Positions 47,803 through 58,941 of a stretch of 64,000 bases of DNA are shown here, one piece after another. Position 1 is the first letter of the stretch, and each line of letters opens with the position of its first letter. Position numbers and translations under genes: made by a program. The notes under the pieces were generated by a model. The model was not told the DNA's origin and did not search any database. It was given only the letters and a program-made list of their open reading frames with translations. Source of the DNA: Setoptus koraiensis. Taxonomy: Eukaryota; Animalia; Arthropoda. The stretch covers positions 19,964,001-20,028,000 of the forward strand of contig CM106586.1 of NCBI GenBank assembly GCA_048013815.1. The letters run 5' to 3'.

Positions 47803-50800
47803 TCAATCAACAGGTAGGGAAGTCTCTATTTTGGACCATATGTTCTGCCATTTGCTTGAATTAAAGTTGTATTCCCTTTCGATTGTCCTTATGTGACCCA
47901 TGGCCATTGACAAGCCGTCCGTCTGGGTAAGAGACATATTATCATAGTTGGAGGTAACAGTTCGCCTTTTTGAGATTTTAGCTTGGCTCATGTCAGAGTT
48001 GGCTTGAACCTCCTCCTGATGTTGTTTCTCCATGGAAAACACCTCCAAATCGTAGGATGGACCATGTAACAATTCTTCGCTCGTGTAGTACGTCCATATC
48101 TTTAAGGCAGCCATATTGGAGCATGGCCTTAATACTATGTTTTTGCTAGGATCTATTAGATTAACCGGTGTATAATAGTAATTGAAGAATATAGGTGCCT
48201 TATTCCACAGCTTCTCGGCGTAATCCCAGAAGGAAGTACCGAGAGTGTTACTGACCGGGGCATTAATATTGTTGACATTACTATTCTGGGCGGGGCCTTC
48301 AGCCGACTGGATACCAGGTCCCGAGGTAGAAGGTTGTTGATTGTGTTGTGAACCACTAGATGAGTAGACATTTGTATTTTTGCCATTGCTGCTAACATTG
48401 TTGTTGCTTAGACTAGATTGGTGATGCATTAGACTAGGATTGGTGGAGTTCAATACAGTAATATCCGTTGTGTCATCACTGGGTTGTCTAGAGTGACGAA
48501 CAATACCTTGACCGTGAGAGCTTGAATTGTTTGTTTGGTTGAATGTACTGAGGGAAGTTACAGATGGATTGGCCTCTTCGTTGATCCAGCCACATTCGGC
48601 TCTTTCACTCTCGCAATCCAAGAGAAATGTTCTGAATCTACAGGAAACATAATGATAAGCCATGAATTCTAGGTAATATTGATTGAACTCAAATGATAAT
48701 GGAAATTGGTTGTGGATCTGATGCACAATATCTAGGAACTGTAGAAACAATGGGGCAAATCCTGATGCTTTTGTCGCGTCGGTATGATTAGAACGGTGGG
48801 AGAATCTATGCCCAAAAGATAACCATTCTTTCTCAATGAGCACTCTAAAACCCTCGAATGTTCTATAGTATGAGTCAAGGCAAAGCTGGACGATTGAGGT
48901 TATTTGTGGCGTTAGATCCCACCCGTCTTCTAGACACAATAATACTGAGCTGCCTCGTATGTCTATCAGATCAACGATTGTGTTTGAACATTCTATTATA
49001 GCTTGAAGTTGATTGAGCCATTCTGAATTCTCTATTTGCTTTGCCAGGCTTTGTTCTGATTCCAATGGAGGTATGGGTGCCGAAGGCACGCAGGCACGCA
49101 AAAACTTGACAAAACTAGACTTGACATGACGTACCTCGTGCAGTTCAACAGGTACAAATTCACAATTAGGAAAAGAATCCATCTTAATGTTCTTAGTTTG
49201 AGCTTTCTCAGCGAAGATGTATAAAGCATAACGTTGAGGCTTCAGTGTGGGCGATGGATCTACAGCTCCAGCAACGGACAATGGTGTCAGAGTTGAACCT
49301 TTCTCAGCCTCACCGTCATCCCCGTCGTTTGCTGCATGGTTCTCGGATATGTTTTTGTGACTATTCAAATTGGTTTGCAGAAATCCTGGCCGTTTAGGAA
49401 CTTTGGGTTGGTTCTGACTTGGGGCGTTGCTAACAGAACCAACAGCGCTAGTTAGATGGCTGTATTGGTTCGATGATGATGTAGATTTCGATGGGAGCAC
49501 TCCGCTCGAGATACTGTTTGCTCCATTGCTCGTGATATTACTCATGGCGTTGCTTATAATACTACCACGACCACTCTTAGTATTGGAAGATCGTAAAGTC
49601 AATTTATTGAAAGCCCGATGGAGAGCGTTCGATTTCAATTTAGGCCTGGGTGAACGTCTCCCTCCGCTCCCTGAACGTAACAAGGTGCTGTTTTGGCTTA
49701 AATCACTGTGCCCATTTCGATTGGGAGGTGCAGGTCGGTAAACACTACTATCATGATGATCAGTCACAGCCGTCGTCAAATCATTCTGAGGTATTTGTGT
49801 CAAACTAGTCAATGCCCTAAAATACTTCCTTTGCTCAATGCTAGCAGACATCTCGTTTAAAGATCCGGACTCCGTATTTTCTTTGAAGGTTCCAACTAAT
49901 GTTCCAGATTGCAATGTTGCAGAGGCTGCGTGGTCTGCTCTTTTCAACATGCTTATAACACCCTTAGCATGGAAACCACTAGCCCGAACGAGTAGGGCTT
50001 TTGTCCTTGAATGTCTCCAAGTTATCGCAGGTAACCTGCTATGTCTATAGCATCTGGAGATCTTAACAAGACTATCATCGCTGACCGGAAACGGTACAAC
50101 TATCAAGCCTGGATAACTCCTTGTCATAGAATAGTTCATGTTTATGTTGGTAATTCTAAAATTTTCAATAGTATTACTGCTATTACTTGTAGATCGATGG
50201 TGCTTAGAAGAGCCCTGCAAAAATGACGGAAGCGCTGAAGTCGAGGCTGCTGGCGATGGAGAGGATACGTTGCCAAGTTGCAGACGGAAGTAATCTTTGA
50301 CATAATTCATCTCAAGCAATTTATCCATCGTGTTGGCATGGACGTGAGATTGTGGAACGATTGCATGAGAAGTCATCGATGAAACTGATGTGGATGATCC
50401 GATCGCTGATACTGGTAGAGTAGCAGTTAAACTACTCTGATGGTGAGAATGATCACTGGAGGTTGCTGAGTGATTCAACGAATCGGCATTCTCTTCGGTC
50501 ACTGAAGAGTGCTGATTATCTATACTGGACGAACTTGTAGTAGAGCCTATTCCTAAAGTTTTCGAGTCTCTTGAGCCGCCTGAAAATCCATCGAATATGT
50601 ACTTGTTCTTATTGAGATCTTTCTTTTTGAGGCCAGCTTTTTGTGCAGTCTTTAGAAATGTCCTTTTGGCGAACCCTTTCAAAGTGGCATTTTTCGGATT
50701 CTTAGATTTTTGTATCAGGATAGTAGACTTTCCTGGAACTGCAATCTGGGATGTGAATGCAAATAAATTCGACATTCTTGTTGGCCATCTTTGATTAGTT

Positions 50801-53800
50801 ACATAATTTCTGAAGCAATCGATGTTATTGGAAGACACTTCCTCATCGAAAGCCACACGTATCAACTGAAAAGTATTACTTCTTAATTGCAGGCCCTCCT
50901 GAAGATATTGTTCAATTGCAGGAACAGAATGGACAGTTATTTTCTTCTCTTTGGTGAGAGTTGTGGTTGGAAAACTTCGCACTATAGTCTGTTCACAATA
51001 GAATGGATCACAGGGTCGACCACGGAATATTACACGGTAGTTTGTTATAAATATAGCTCCTTCGGCTGGTAACAAAACGGGTCCTCCGATATGGCTACCG
51101 ATAGTTTCATCTTTGACATTGTCTTTATCACGACCATCAGGTAACAAATAGGTTCTCAAGCCTAGCATGAGTAATTCTTCTCCATCAATCAGGTTTGGGT
51201 TTGTTATCTTTGGCTTCATGACTGGTGGCAGTCGTTTACTTTCTCTATACACCGAGTCCAGAGTCTCTATTTGCATAGCAACTACCTGAGGAATCATTTG
51301 ATGAAGAGCTTTGATGTGCTCTTCTCCAACTGAGCTGTTCATACAAACTTTGTCCACAAAGCGTGTAACAAATTTTATAACACCTGCTGCTACTTCGGAA
51401 TTGTTGACGCCAAAGCCATTCACTTCGTCTTCGAATCCACTTTCCTCGTCACTGTTACTGGGGTTTTGCTCACTGTCATTTACGGAGTGAGTTTTCTGAC
51501 TTGAATTTTCCACGTTCGTGTTTTGAAATTCACTGTTCACCGGTTGAACATTGTTTGTAGATTTAGGGATTCTACAAGCAACATCTAACGGAATTCTCAT
51601 GCAAACAATTCTATTGGCATAGTGCACTGCTTGACTATAAACAGTCGATTCTTCGTCTTTGTCATGACTGTACATTAAATGTTGCTGATCTTTGTGTTGA
51701 CTAATTTTGGATGCCAGATACAATTGATTGGCTGCTACTTCTAAAGCTGTTAGGTTTCTAGATGCAACAGGATTGTTGTTGCCACTAGTAAAATCAGTGC
51801 TGCCGCTTCTTGCAGCTGAACAATTAGTATGATTTGAAGAGGATGGTTTCACAGAATTCTCAATTGATTCAGTCTCAATGTTATCACAGTTTGAATGGGA
51901 TTGCATTGTCAAAGTCGCCAGTCTGTTATCAGATGGGGTATGATAGAGAGCCTGCATATCCTTTTGCACATCAAGATAAAATGATGATTCCCAAAATTGT
52001 TGACTAGACCAGACAGGGTGATCTTGCATGTTGGCATCTGTGTAAGCGAACTGGATTACCCCAGGACCTAATCTACGACAGAACTCCATGGCTAAGGGTA
52101 ATATTTTAGCCGCAACACCGTTGACATCTACGGGAGATTCATGTTGCAGAGCACAATTCATAAGTCGACCCACTAAATCGAATTGCTGGTGCTCCAGAAC
52201 AGCTCTTTGGCTGCCTAGATGATCTGACAACTCTTGAGTTAATGCCAGACGTGCAGATTTGTTTTTCAAAGCCTTCAAAACTGCTGGTAGAGCCTTCCTA
52301 GCGTCTGATATCTTGTTCTCAAATATGCAATTGACACAATTTCTCATCACTTCTAGCCTTCTGGCCGAGTTCAAAACCAACTCATTAGCGTTGAAATCAT
52401 ATTTGACTTGATCGGCCGCAATTCCCGGACGAATGAACTGACTTGAGAGGGGGTTATTTGGATGAATGTTGCTCTCACTCGATGAATTACCTCTAGTCAT
52501 CTCCTGTTTTATAGTTTCATTCTCAATAATCTCTGTCGTCTTATACCCATCAAGGATCAATCCTTTCGCGGAGCCTTCTTTTGAAGGACGATAAACTTTT
52601 TGTTGGAGAGGTCTAGGATTGGGATTCTCATTTTGCCATAGAGCTTTTGCTATTTCTTTGATATGCCTCACAATTGCATCTATATCGTTGTGCACATATT
52701 CTGTTCTCTCATGTATTGTAGCATGCAATTCGTCAAACAAATCAGACCAACGATAAGGAATTCCTCTAGCTTCAACAAAATTATCAAAGAACATACTATC
52801 TAGTAGTCTGGCCATAAATTCGCTCTCAGCAAAACACCTCTGCCCCAGAAATGAGGCTTTGTGAAATGTTATCAGTGGCTTCGGGTGTATGCGAATAACT
52901 GTTAGGCACGACCGGTAGCCTAAGAGAATCCGTGTTAAAGTGCTCAAGAATATAGCGCGTATTTCTTTGTCTAATATATCGGGCGAGGATGGCAATCTGT
53001 TAGAATCTGGAACCAATTCATCGTTTTCAATAAACTGTGGTCTAGTGATGTGATACAATAATGTGATTAGTTGTGAGTTGTACGGCTCATCCAAACGAAA
53101 CGTGTGTAAAGAGTCTGGTATCTTGATGGATCCACTTTCTATATCAACAATTATTACGTCTAATAGATCACTAATTTCTTTTTTTAAGGATGAATGAACT
53201 CCTATGATGAATGGGGTAGGCGTAGATAGGACCTCTATCAGTGCGGCCGGTAATATGGGAATGTAAATATGACTGTACTTGAAGGGATACATCAATGCAA
53301 TCAATCCATGACATATCTCATTCAACATATTGTAACTATCGGAAAAGAAGAGTATCTTTTGTTCTGTTAATAGTGCACAAAAAATTTCTACTACAGTATC
53401 AACGGAAAAATGTTGGAATACTTTATAGACTGTGGTATTGGTGACGGGTATGGATTCAGTTAATGGAGTTTGTAAAGTTTGACTGTCTCCAGCACTTAAT
53501 GAGAATCTAAGTGAATTTCCACCGTATGGTGGGACCTCGACGCAAGCCAATAAATTTCCAACAATATTCTCCAATGAATATCTAAGATTGTCCGCGTGTA
53601 CAGAATATAAGATACTGAGACAATTCTTGAAGGTCTCTTTGTAATCATATCTTGAAATCAGAACTAGACACTTGGGGGCGTAGAGGGTCCTAGTGGTAGA
53701 TTGAGTGGCATGGCTGAGTGTTTGAATGTTGGTAGTGTTATTGGTGGGGTTACAATTGTTGTCAACAGTATCAGCGTTTTCCGTTGGACACTGTTGACCA

Positions 53801-54153
53801 TCATGATTAGTGGTAGACTGTTGTTGCTGATGTAAAATAAGGCTTGAGAAATCATCATCCAGATCATCGTAGCTTAGTTGCGTTGAAGTGGCCTCATGGA
53901 AAGCCAAACAGGCACAATAGTGTCTGTCGGCGTCTATATCTGTGAGGACGAATTGAAAAAATTTTGGATTTTGTTCATATGGCGTCAACTTCCATCCTAG
54001 TGGTTGACAAAACAGTTCAATACTGTCAATGAAGCTAGTGTCTGGCCAGTCTTTAATTGGAAATCTTTGTATTATTTTCCCCTTTGAGTTGCGTTGATCA
54101 TCAAAATCGAAGCCGACAATGGCGACATAATCTACAAGTCGGCGCTGAGTCAT
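47803..54153 (-). CDS. SBF: SET-binding factor / myotubularin-related pseudophosphatase (MTMR5/13), 2116 aa single exon
   Basis: uDENN-DENN-dDENN (RRLVDY, LFCQP, YIPILP...TPTPFIIG), SBF2 domain, GRAM (LPAEGAIFITNYRVIF), and myotubularin domain with inactive signature LCLEDGWDLT and EKEWLSFGHRF. Confidence 0.95.
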   Translation of the reverse strand: MTQRRLVDYVAIVGFDFDDQRNSKGKIIQRFPIKDWPDTSFIDSIELFCQPLGWKLTPYEQNPKFFQFVLTDIDADRHYCACLAFHEATSTQLSYDDLDDDFSSLILHQQQQSTTNHDGQQCPTENADTVDNNCNPTNNTTNIQTLSHATQSTTRTLYAPKCLVLISRYDYKETFKNCLSILYSVHADNLRYSLENIVGNLLACVEVPPYGGNSLRFSLSAGDSQTLQTPLTESIPVTNTTVYKVFQHFSVDTVVEIFCALLTEQKILFFSDSYNMLNEICHGLIALMYPFKYSHIYIPILPAALIEVLSTPTPFIIGVHSSLKKEISDLLDVIIVDIESGSIKIPDSLHTFRLDEPYNSQLITLLYHITRPQFIENDELVPDSNRLPSSPDILDKEIRAIFLSTLTRILLGYRSCLTVIRIHPKPLITFHKASFLGQRCFAESEFMARLLDSMFFDNFVEARGIPYRWSDLFDELHATIHERTEYVHNDIDAIVRHIKEIAKALWQNENPNPRPLQQKVYRPSKEGSAKGLILDGYKTTEIIENETIKQEMTRGNSSSESNIHPNNPLSSQFIRPGIAADQVKYDFNANELVLNSARRLEVMRNCVNCIFENKISDARKALPAVLKALKNKSARLALTQELSDHLGSQRAVLEHQQFDLVGRLMNCALQHESPVDVNGVAAKILPLAMEFCRRLGPGVIQFAYTDANMQDHPVWSSQQFWESSFYLDVQKDMQALYHTPSDNRLATLTMQSHSNCDNIETESIENSVKPSSSNHTNCSAARSGSTDFTSGNNNPVASRNLTALEVAANQLYLASKISQHKDQQHLMYSHDKDEESTVYSQAVHYANRIVCMRIPLDVACRIPKSTNNVQPVNSEFQNTNVENSSQKTHSVNDSEQNPSNSDEESGFEDEVNGFGVNNSEVAAGVIKFVTRFVDKVCMNSSVGEEHIKALHQMIPQVVAMQIETLDSVYRESKRLPPVMKPKITNPNLIDGEELLMLGLRTYLLPDGRDKDNVKDETIGSHIGGPVLLPAEGAIFITNYRVIFRGRPCDPFYCEQTIVRSFPTTTLTKEKKITVHSVPAIEQYLQEGLQLRSNTFQLIRVAFDEEVSSNNIDCFRNYVTNQRWPTRMSNLFAFTSQIAVPGKSTILIQKSKNPKNATLKGFAKRTFLKTAQKAGLKKKDLNKNKYIFDGFSGGSRDSKTLGIGSTTSSSSIDNQHSSVTEENADSLNHSATSSDHSHHQSSLTATLPVSAIGSSTSVSSMTSHAIVPQSHVHANTMDKLLEMNYVKDYFRLQLGNVSSPSPAASTSALPSFLQGSSKHHRSTSNSSNTIENFRITNINMNYSMTRSYPGLIVVPFPVSDDSLVKISRCYRHSRLPAITWRHSRTKALLVRASGFHAKGVISMLKRADHAASATLQSGTLVGTFKENTESGSLNEMSASIEQRKYFRALTSLTQIPQNDLTTAVTDHHDSSVYRPAPPNRNGHSDLSQNSTLLRSGSGGRRSPRPKLKSNALHRAFNKLTLRSSNTKSGRGSIISNAMSNITSNGANSISSGVLPSKSTSSSNQYSHLTSAVGSVSNAPSQNQPKVPKRPGFLQTNLNSHKNISENHAANDGDDGEAEKGSTLTPLSVAGAVDPSPTLKPQRYALYIFAEKAQTKNIKMDSFPNCEFVPVELHEVRHVKSSFVKFLRACVPSAPIPPLESEQSLAKQIENSEWLNQLQAIIECSNTIVDLIDIRGSSVLLCLEDGWDLTPQITSIVQLCLDSYYRTFEGFRVLIEKEWLSFGHRFSHRSNHTDATKASGFAPLFLQFLDIVHQIHNQFPLSFEFNQYYLEFMAYHYVSCRFRTFLLDCESERAECGWINEEANPSVTSLSTFNQTNNSSSHGQGIVRHSRQPSDDTTDITVLNSTNPSLMHHQSSLSNNNVSSNGKNTNVYSSSGSQHNQQPSTSGPGIQSAEGPAQNSNVNNINAPVSNTLGTSFWDYAEKLWNKAPIFFNYYYTPVNLIDPSKNIVLRPCSNMAALKIWTYYTSEELLHGPSYDLEVFSMEKQHQEEVQANSDMSQAKISKRRTVTSNYDNMSLTQTDGLSMAMGHIRTIEREYNFNSSKWQNIWSKIETSLPVD

Positions 54154-57100
54154 GATGGTGGTGCTGGCTTGTTTTTGGTGTTGGGTTTATCGGACGGTAA
54201 AGGCGGCCGAATGAAGGTATAACAAGTGAAAGGTAGTAGGAAAATACTAATAATATAATATAATAATAATATGATATAAATGTGTGTATTTGTGTGTGTG
54301 TGTGTAATAATCAGGGACAACCAAGATCTAAAATAACCAATCTGTAACCAGTGAGGCAATTCAGCTGATTTTCACGAAGTGTGCTTTTCTACTAATTGAG
54401 GCGCTTCTAGGGGCATCTATTTTCACCGATTTAGCCGAATTATCGGATGTTGAGGGTTTTTACCGAAATATGGCCATGTTTCAAGCGAAATTATCTGAGA
54501 GTAAGCGTCGATTTGGTTGTCCCTACTAAATGTCTAGTGTGCTAGGTGTCTAGATGATGACAATAATAATAATAATATTAATAATAATAATGATGCCGGT
54601 GATAAGATTAATAATTAATTTATCTTGTATCAGTGGCGACGTGTTGGTTGGTGTGGTCATACGTGTAGTACAATGATATTTACGATATTAATATTGTTTT
54701 CCATATTAAATGTTATGTGATAATAATAGATTGTGTAAGTGGATGTATTAATAGTGATAATAATAATATCAGTGAATAACGACGTTGCTATAGTAGCGAT
54801 AGTATTAGTATTATTAATTGAGCCAATGGTTGGTGCCTAAACAGGATAATGATAATAATAATAATAATTATTTTTTAGTTGTTGCTAGCAGTTGAAACCT
54901 TTCACAGTTAAACACACCAAGATCAAATCAAATCATTCAATTCATCTAATGCGAGCGCTCGCATATTCTCTTTCAATACCAGTCATATGCTTTTGCCGTT
55001 GCTGTTGCACACACAACAGCTACCGCAGAATCATGTTTGTGCACAGACTACTCACACTCACAACCAGTTGTTCTCTCGCCTGTATGCAGTTATAATAATA
55101 ACAACAAAACGGCACAACAACAACAACTACAACTACTGCCAGCAATATAGTAGAGTACAGGCGGCAAACCCATCATCGACATCATTACCAAAGTCATTAT
55201 CGTCTTGGTTGTCGTCGTCGTCGTCGTCTCTTGCTAACGAAACCAGTATAATAGAGCTGGCTGTATCACCAACTGTTGTTGTTGTTGCTGTTGCTGCTGT
55301 TCATCTTTGCAAATAACAGCTGCTCTCGAGAATGTGCAACTCGTAACATTCATACTACACACTATGTACAGTGTATACTGCAGAAGCCACAACTTTGGTC
55401 GTTGTTGTATAGATGTTGTTGTGGTATGAGATGCATCATCATGTCGCACACAAGATACTGCAATGGCAATGATATCAGAACAGTGTGTTAGTTCCAAAAG
55501 AAGAAGAATCAGACTTGAGGATGTGCCAACATCTTGACACTAGTTACGCAATGCGCTCTAGTTGCGCTCAACGCCGACAGGCGGCACACTAACCCTCGAG
55601 GAGCTGACCAGCTCAACAAACTCACCAGGCTCAACAGACTCACTAACAACAAGCTGTTGTGTTGTTGTTGTTGTTAACACACAACTAGTTGCGTAACGCT
55701 ACTGTCAGTCTGACCAAGTACTTGTGAGTAATACTGATATTGAGACGGCAGGATTACACTTATCTCTTGTATACACTTGTTAGCGAGTCACTTTCCGTTG
55801 TTGTTGTGCAATTAATGGCCGTTGTTGCATTGATAATCACAGTTGAAACGGTCAAAATCTCATAAGTGTTGCTCAGCTCGGCGCACTTGAGCTGGATGGG
55901 CAACGTCGCCTATACTGGTCAAGCCAACAAATAAGCTCTTTCAACAAATCAACGTTCAGCGACTTGTGTTGGGACCCGCCCGACGTCCGCTCAACCGGAA
56001 CATAAGAGCCATAGCTCACGAATTCAACGGAGCAAGCAAGAGAAGCGCCGGTTGTCCAATATAGTTGTCCCGCTTAAGACCTCTCCGGCATGCGCAATCA
56101 CTCTTGGCAACACCTCTAGGCCCTCAAGTCTAGGGTGTGGCGCTCTTCTCGAGCTCGATGAGGGCGCCATGAGCCGTGAGCCGTTTCCGGTTCGCGATCG
56201 CTCTCGTTTCATCGCCGTCGCGGTCTGTAGCATATCGAGGCACGCTTCCTTTTCCAGCTGTTCTTTCAGTTTTGATGTGCAAGTATCTGGTATCGCGCTG
56301 GGCCGATACATTGTAATGATGCAACAAATGAACATGTTGCCAGCGATGACCTGACTGGCTGGTCGACAGGAGTGCGACAGGCATGAACTGGACACTGGCT
56401 GGTTCGACTTAAAGTGCAATGGTGCGCTAATCGAACCGCAATGACGATAGCGCTCATGATGGGCTTATCAATTAGGACAGATTACACGACGATGAAATGG
56501 AAAGCATTTCACGAAGCATAGATCTTAATCGAGGCAAAAAAGATGGTTTGCATAACCACAGGCACACATAGACACGGCGATGCATCGTGACCACCGGATA
56601 AGCACCGCCAGCAGAGAGGGAGAGAGTAGCCTCTCCAGGTAATTGATTGACCGTTCTCGCTAGCTTGATGGTTTGCCAATCAACAAGTTACGATTAACGT
56701 CATGGTGATAGTGACACAACAAACTCGCAGGCTCATCGATAATATGATTGCGGCGCAAATTGCATGCGTTGGCCGATTGTTTTGCCGACGACGGTGATAT
56801 CAGTTGCTGGATTGATGAACTCTATATCTCACGGTCATCAGCGGCGCACATCAGCGCTCGCTCGTTGGATGTGCAAGTATCATGCCCATTCGACGAGTGC
56901 AACCGAGGATGCAAAGGAGTTGGAGAGCATAATGTCTAATCATTGATTATCATTGATCTTAATTTATCTGATCTAAACTATGCTGCTGCTGCTGATGATT
57001 CCACTTGCTGTCTTAATGATTTTGTCTAATGATCTGATCGAACCTGATTGAACGGAAGATAGCGGAGCAATCGGGCGAATCGAGTGAAAAAAAAATCTAT

Positions 57101-58941
57101 TTTTTCTTTTTAGCTCCATCATAATCCAAAACAGAAATAAGTCAGTTGTGAAGATGTGCAGATGTAAAGAATTGATTGGCAAAATTGACCGCCATCACTG
57201 TTGCGCTCGACCAATTGTGGAGGAGTCTGGACTGGCCAGGCTCATGATGATGATACTCGCTCCTCGGAGTTCTGGTGCACACACACACACACACACACAC
57301 ACAGATTATTAGCTCAGAAGTAGATTGAACTGTTTTAATTGGAGAAACATTGTTACAATGAAGAATCGATTCTCTATCAAGTGGCAACAGCGCATCGGTC
57401 GATAAAGAATCGAATGGTTGTTGCTGCATCGGTGCCAAATGCAGCAAACAATTTCAATTTATTACCATGATTAATAGTAATGATGCGAGAAAGGAATAAG
57501 AATAAAGCAGAAACCAATACAAAGCTACCAGGCAGCAAAGAATTAATGCAATTGGTATCTGGTTGCCTCTTGTTCTCTTCATTCAACTATTGCCTATCTG
57601 CAGCCAAAAACAACAACAATGGCCTGTAGTGGCCGTTATATTGTTGTGCGATGCTTCATGTACGATAATATAATCAGCATAATCATGCTGATCGACTTTC
57701 TTTTCTCTCTCGCTCTCATCCATGACTTGGATAATATCTGACTGACTGACCGCCCGAAATAAACAAAAAGCCCAATGTCTTTATGTGATCACGCGCGCTT
57801 AATTATGTATTTTGGGCTTGTTACAACGCCGGTCCCCGGTCGATTCGGTTGCAGCAGCAGTAGCCAGCAGCCAAAAGCCAGCAGCCAGAAAAGTGACTCA
57901 GTCAGTGGCCAATGATTGATTCTTCATCCTTTGTTGCGTAAACGCCATGTATTGGCGATTTGGAGCGAGGGAAAACAATTGCATTATCATAATATTCATG
58001 ATGGCGCTATTACATGCGTTGTACACTCCAGTTGGTCTACGTCTAGTGAATGCACACATTCAAATTGAACAAATTCCCGCAGCTTAATTATTGCAACCTA
58101 GTCGTATCATTGATAAAATGCAGCCGAGTCGAGTTCCGAGTCAGCATGACAAGTCAGTGGGAAATATTGATTAACGGTTAGCGGTTTGTCTGTGTGTGTG
58201 TGTGTGTCGTGGCGAGCAGGCAGCAGTTTGCGCAAGTTTCGCTCAGGTAACGGCGTTCGTAACGTTATTTGTATTTGAGCTGGCTATCCGGATGCACTTT
58301 CTTCCTTGGTCGCGGACACTTGCGTTTCTCCGTTTTCGAGTTTGCCATGCGTTGGCGTATGCGCGACACAATATAAATATATATATATTTATATATTTAT
58401 ACACGTGAGACATGTCAGTCAGGCAGGCACCGATAATTATAACATTATGCATTATGGTAATAACCGCAAGCTAACCGCGTTGTCATTGGTTAGGCGCACG
58501 CACTCTCGTGGCGTGGCGTGCGGTTGCTTGGTTGCAAGAAGCTTACGTTTTGCCTTCTCTCTGGGTGTGTGTGTGTGTGTGTGTGTGTGTGTCAGAGTGT
58601 GTGGGCCCAGTTACATAATACCGTTGCGTAGACCGTTGAGAGGTTACGATGGCTTTTTTTCTTTTTTCCTCGGAAGAGCTTTTGTTCCGTTTTGATCGCG
58701 CGATATGGCCGATATGGCATTCGATGCGAGTCGCTCGCTGATCGATTGACTCATTTCGGGCAAATAATCTGGCCTCATTTGGCGAGCCAACTCACACAAA
58801 TTGTCTCATCAGCATTAAGGTTTAGCATTTACAGAGTACACACATCATTGTTGAGTCATTGGTGTCATTTTTGGTGGCTCAGACACACACTTTCGCGAGC
58901 CGTGATTTCAGAAATTTAAAACCACTCATACATTATCTATA

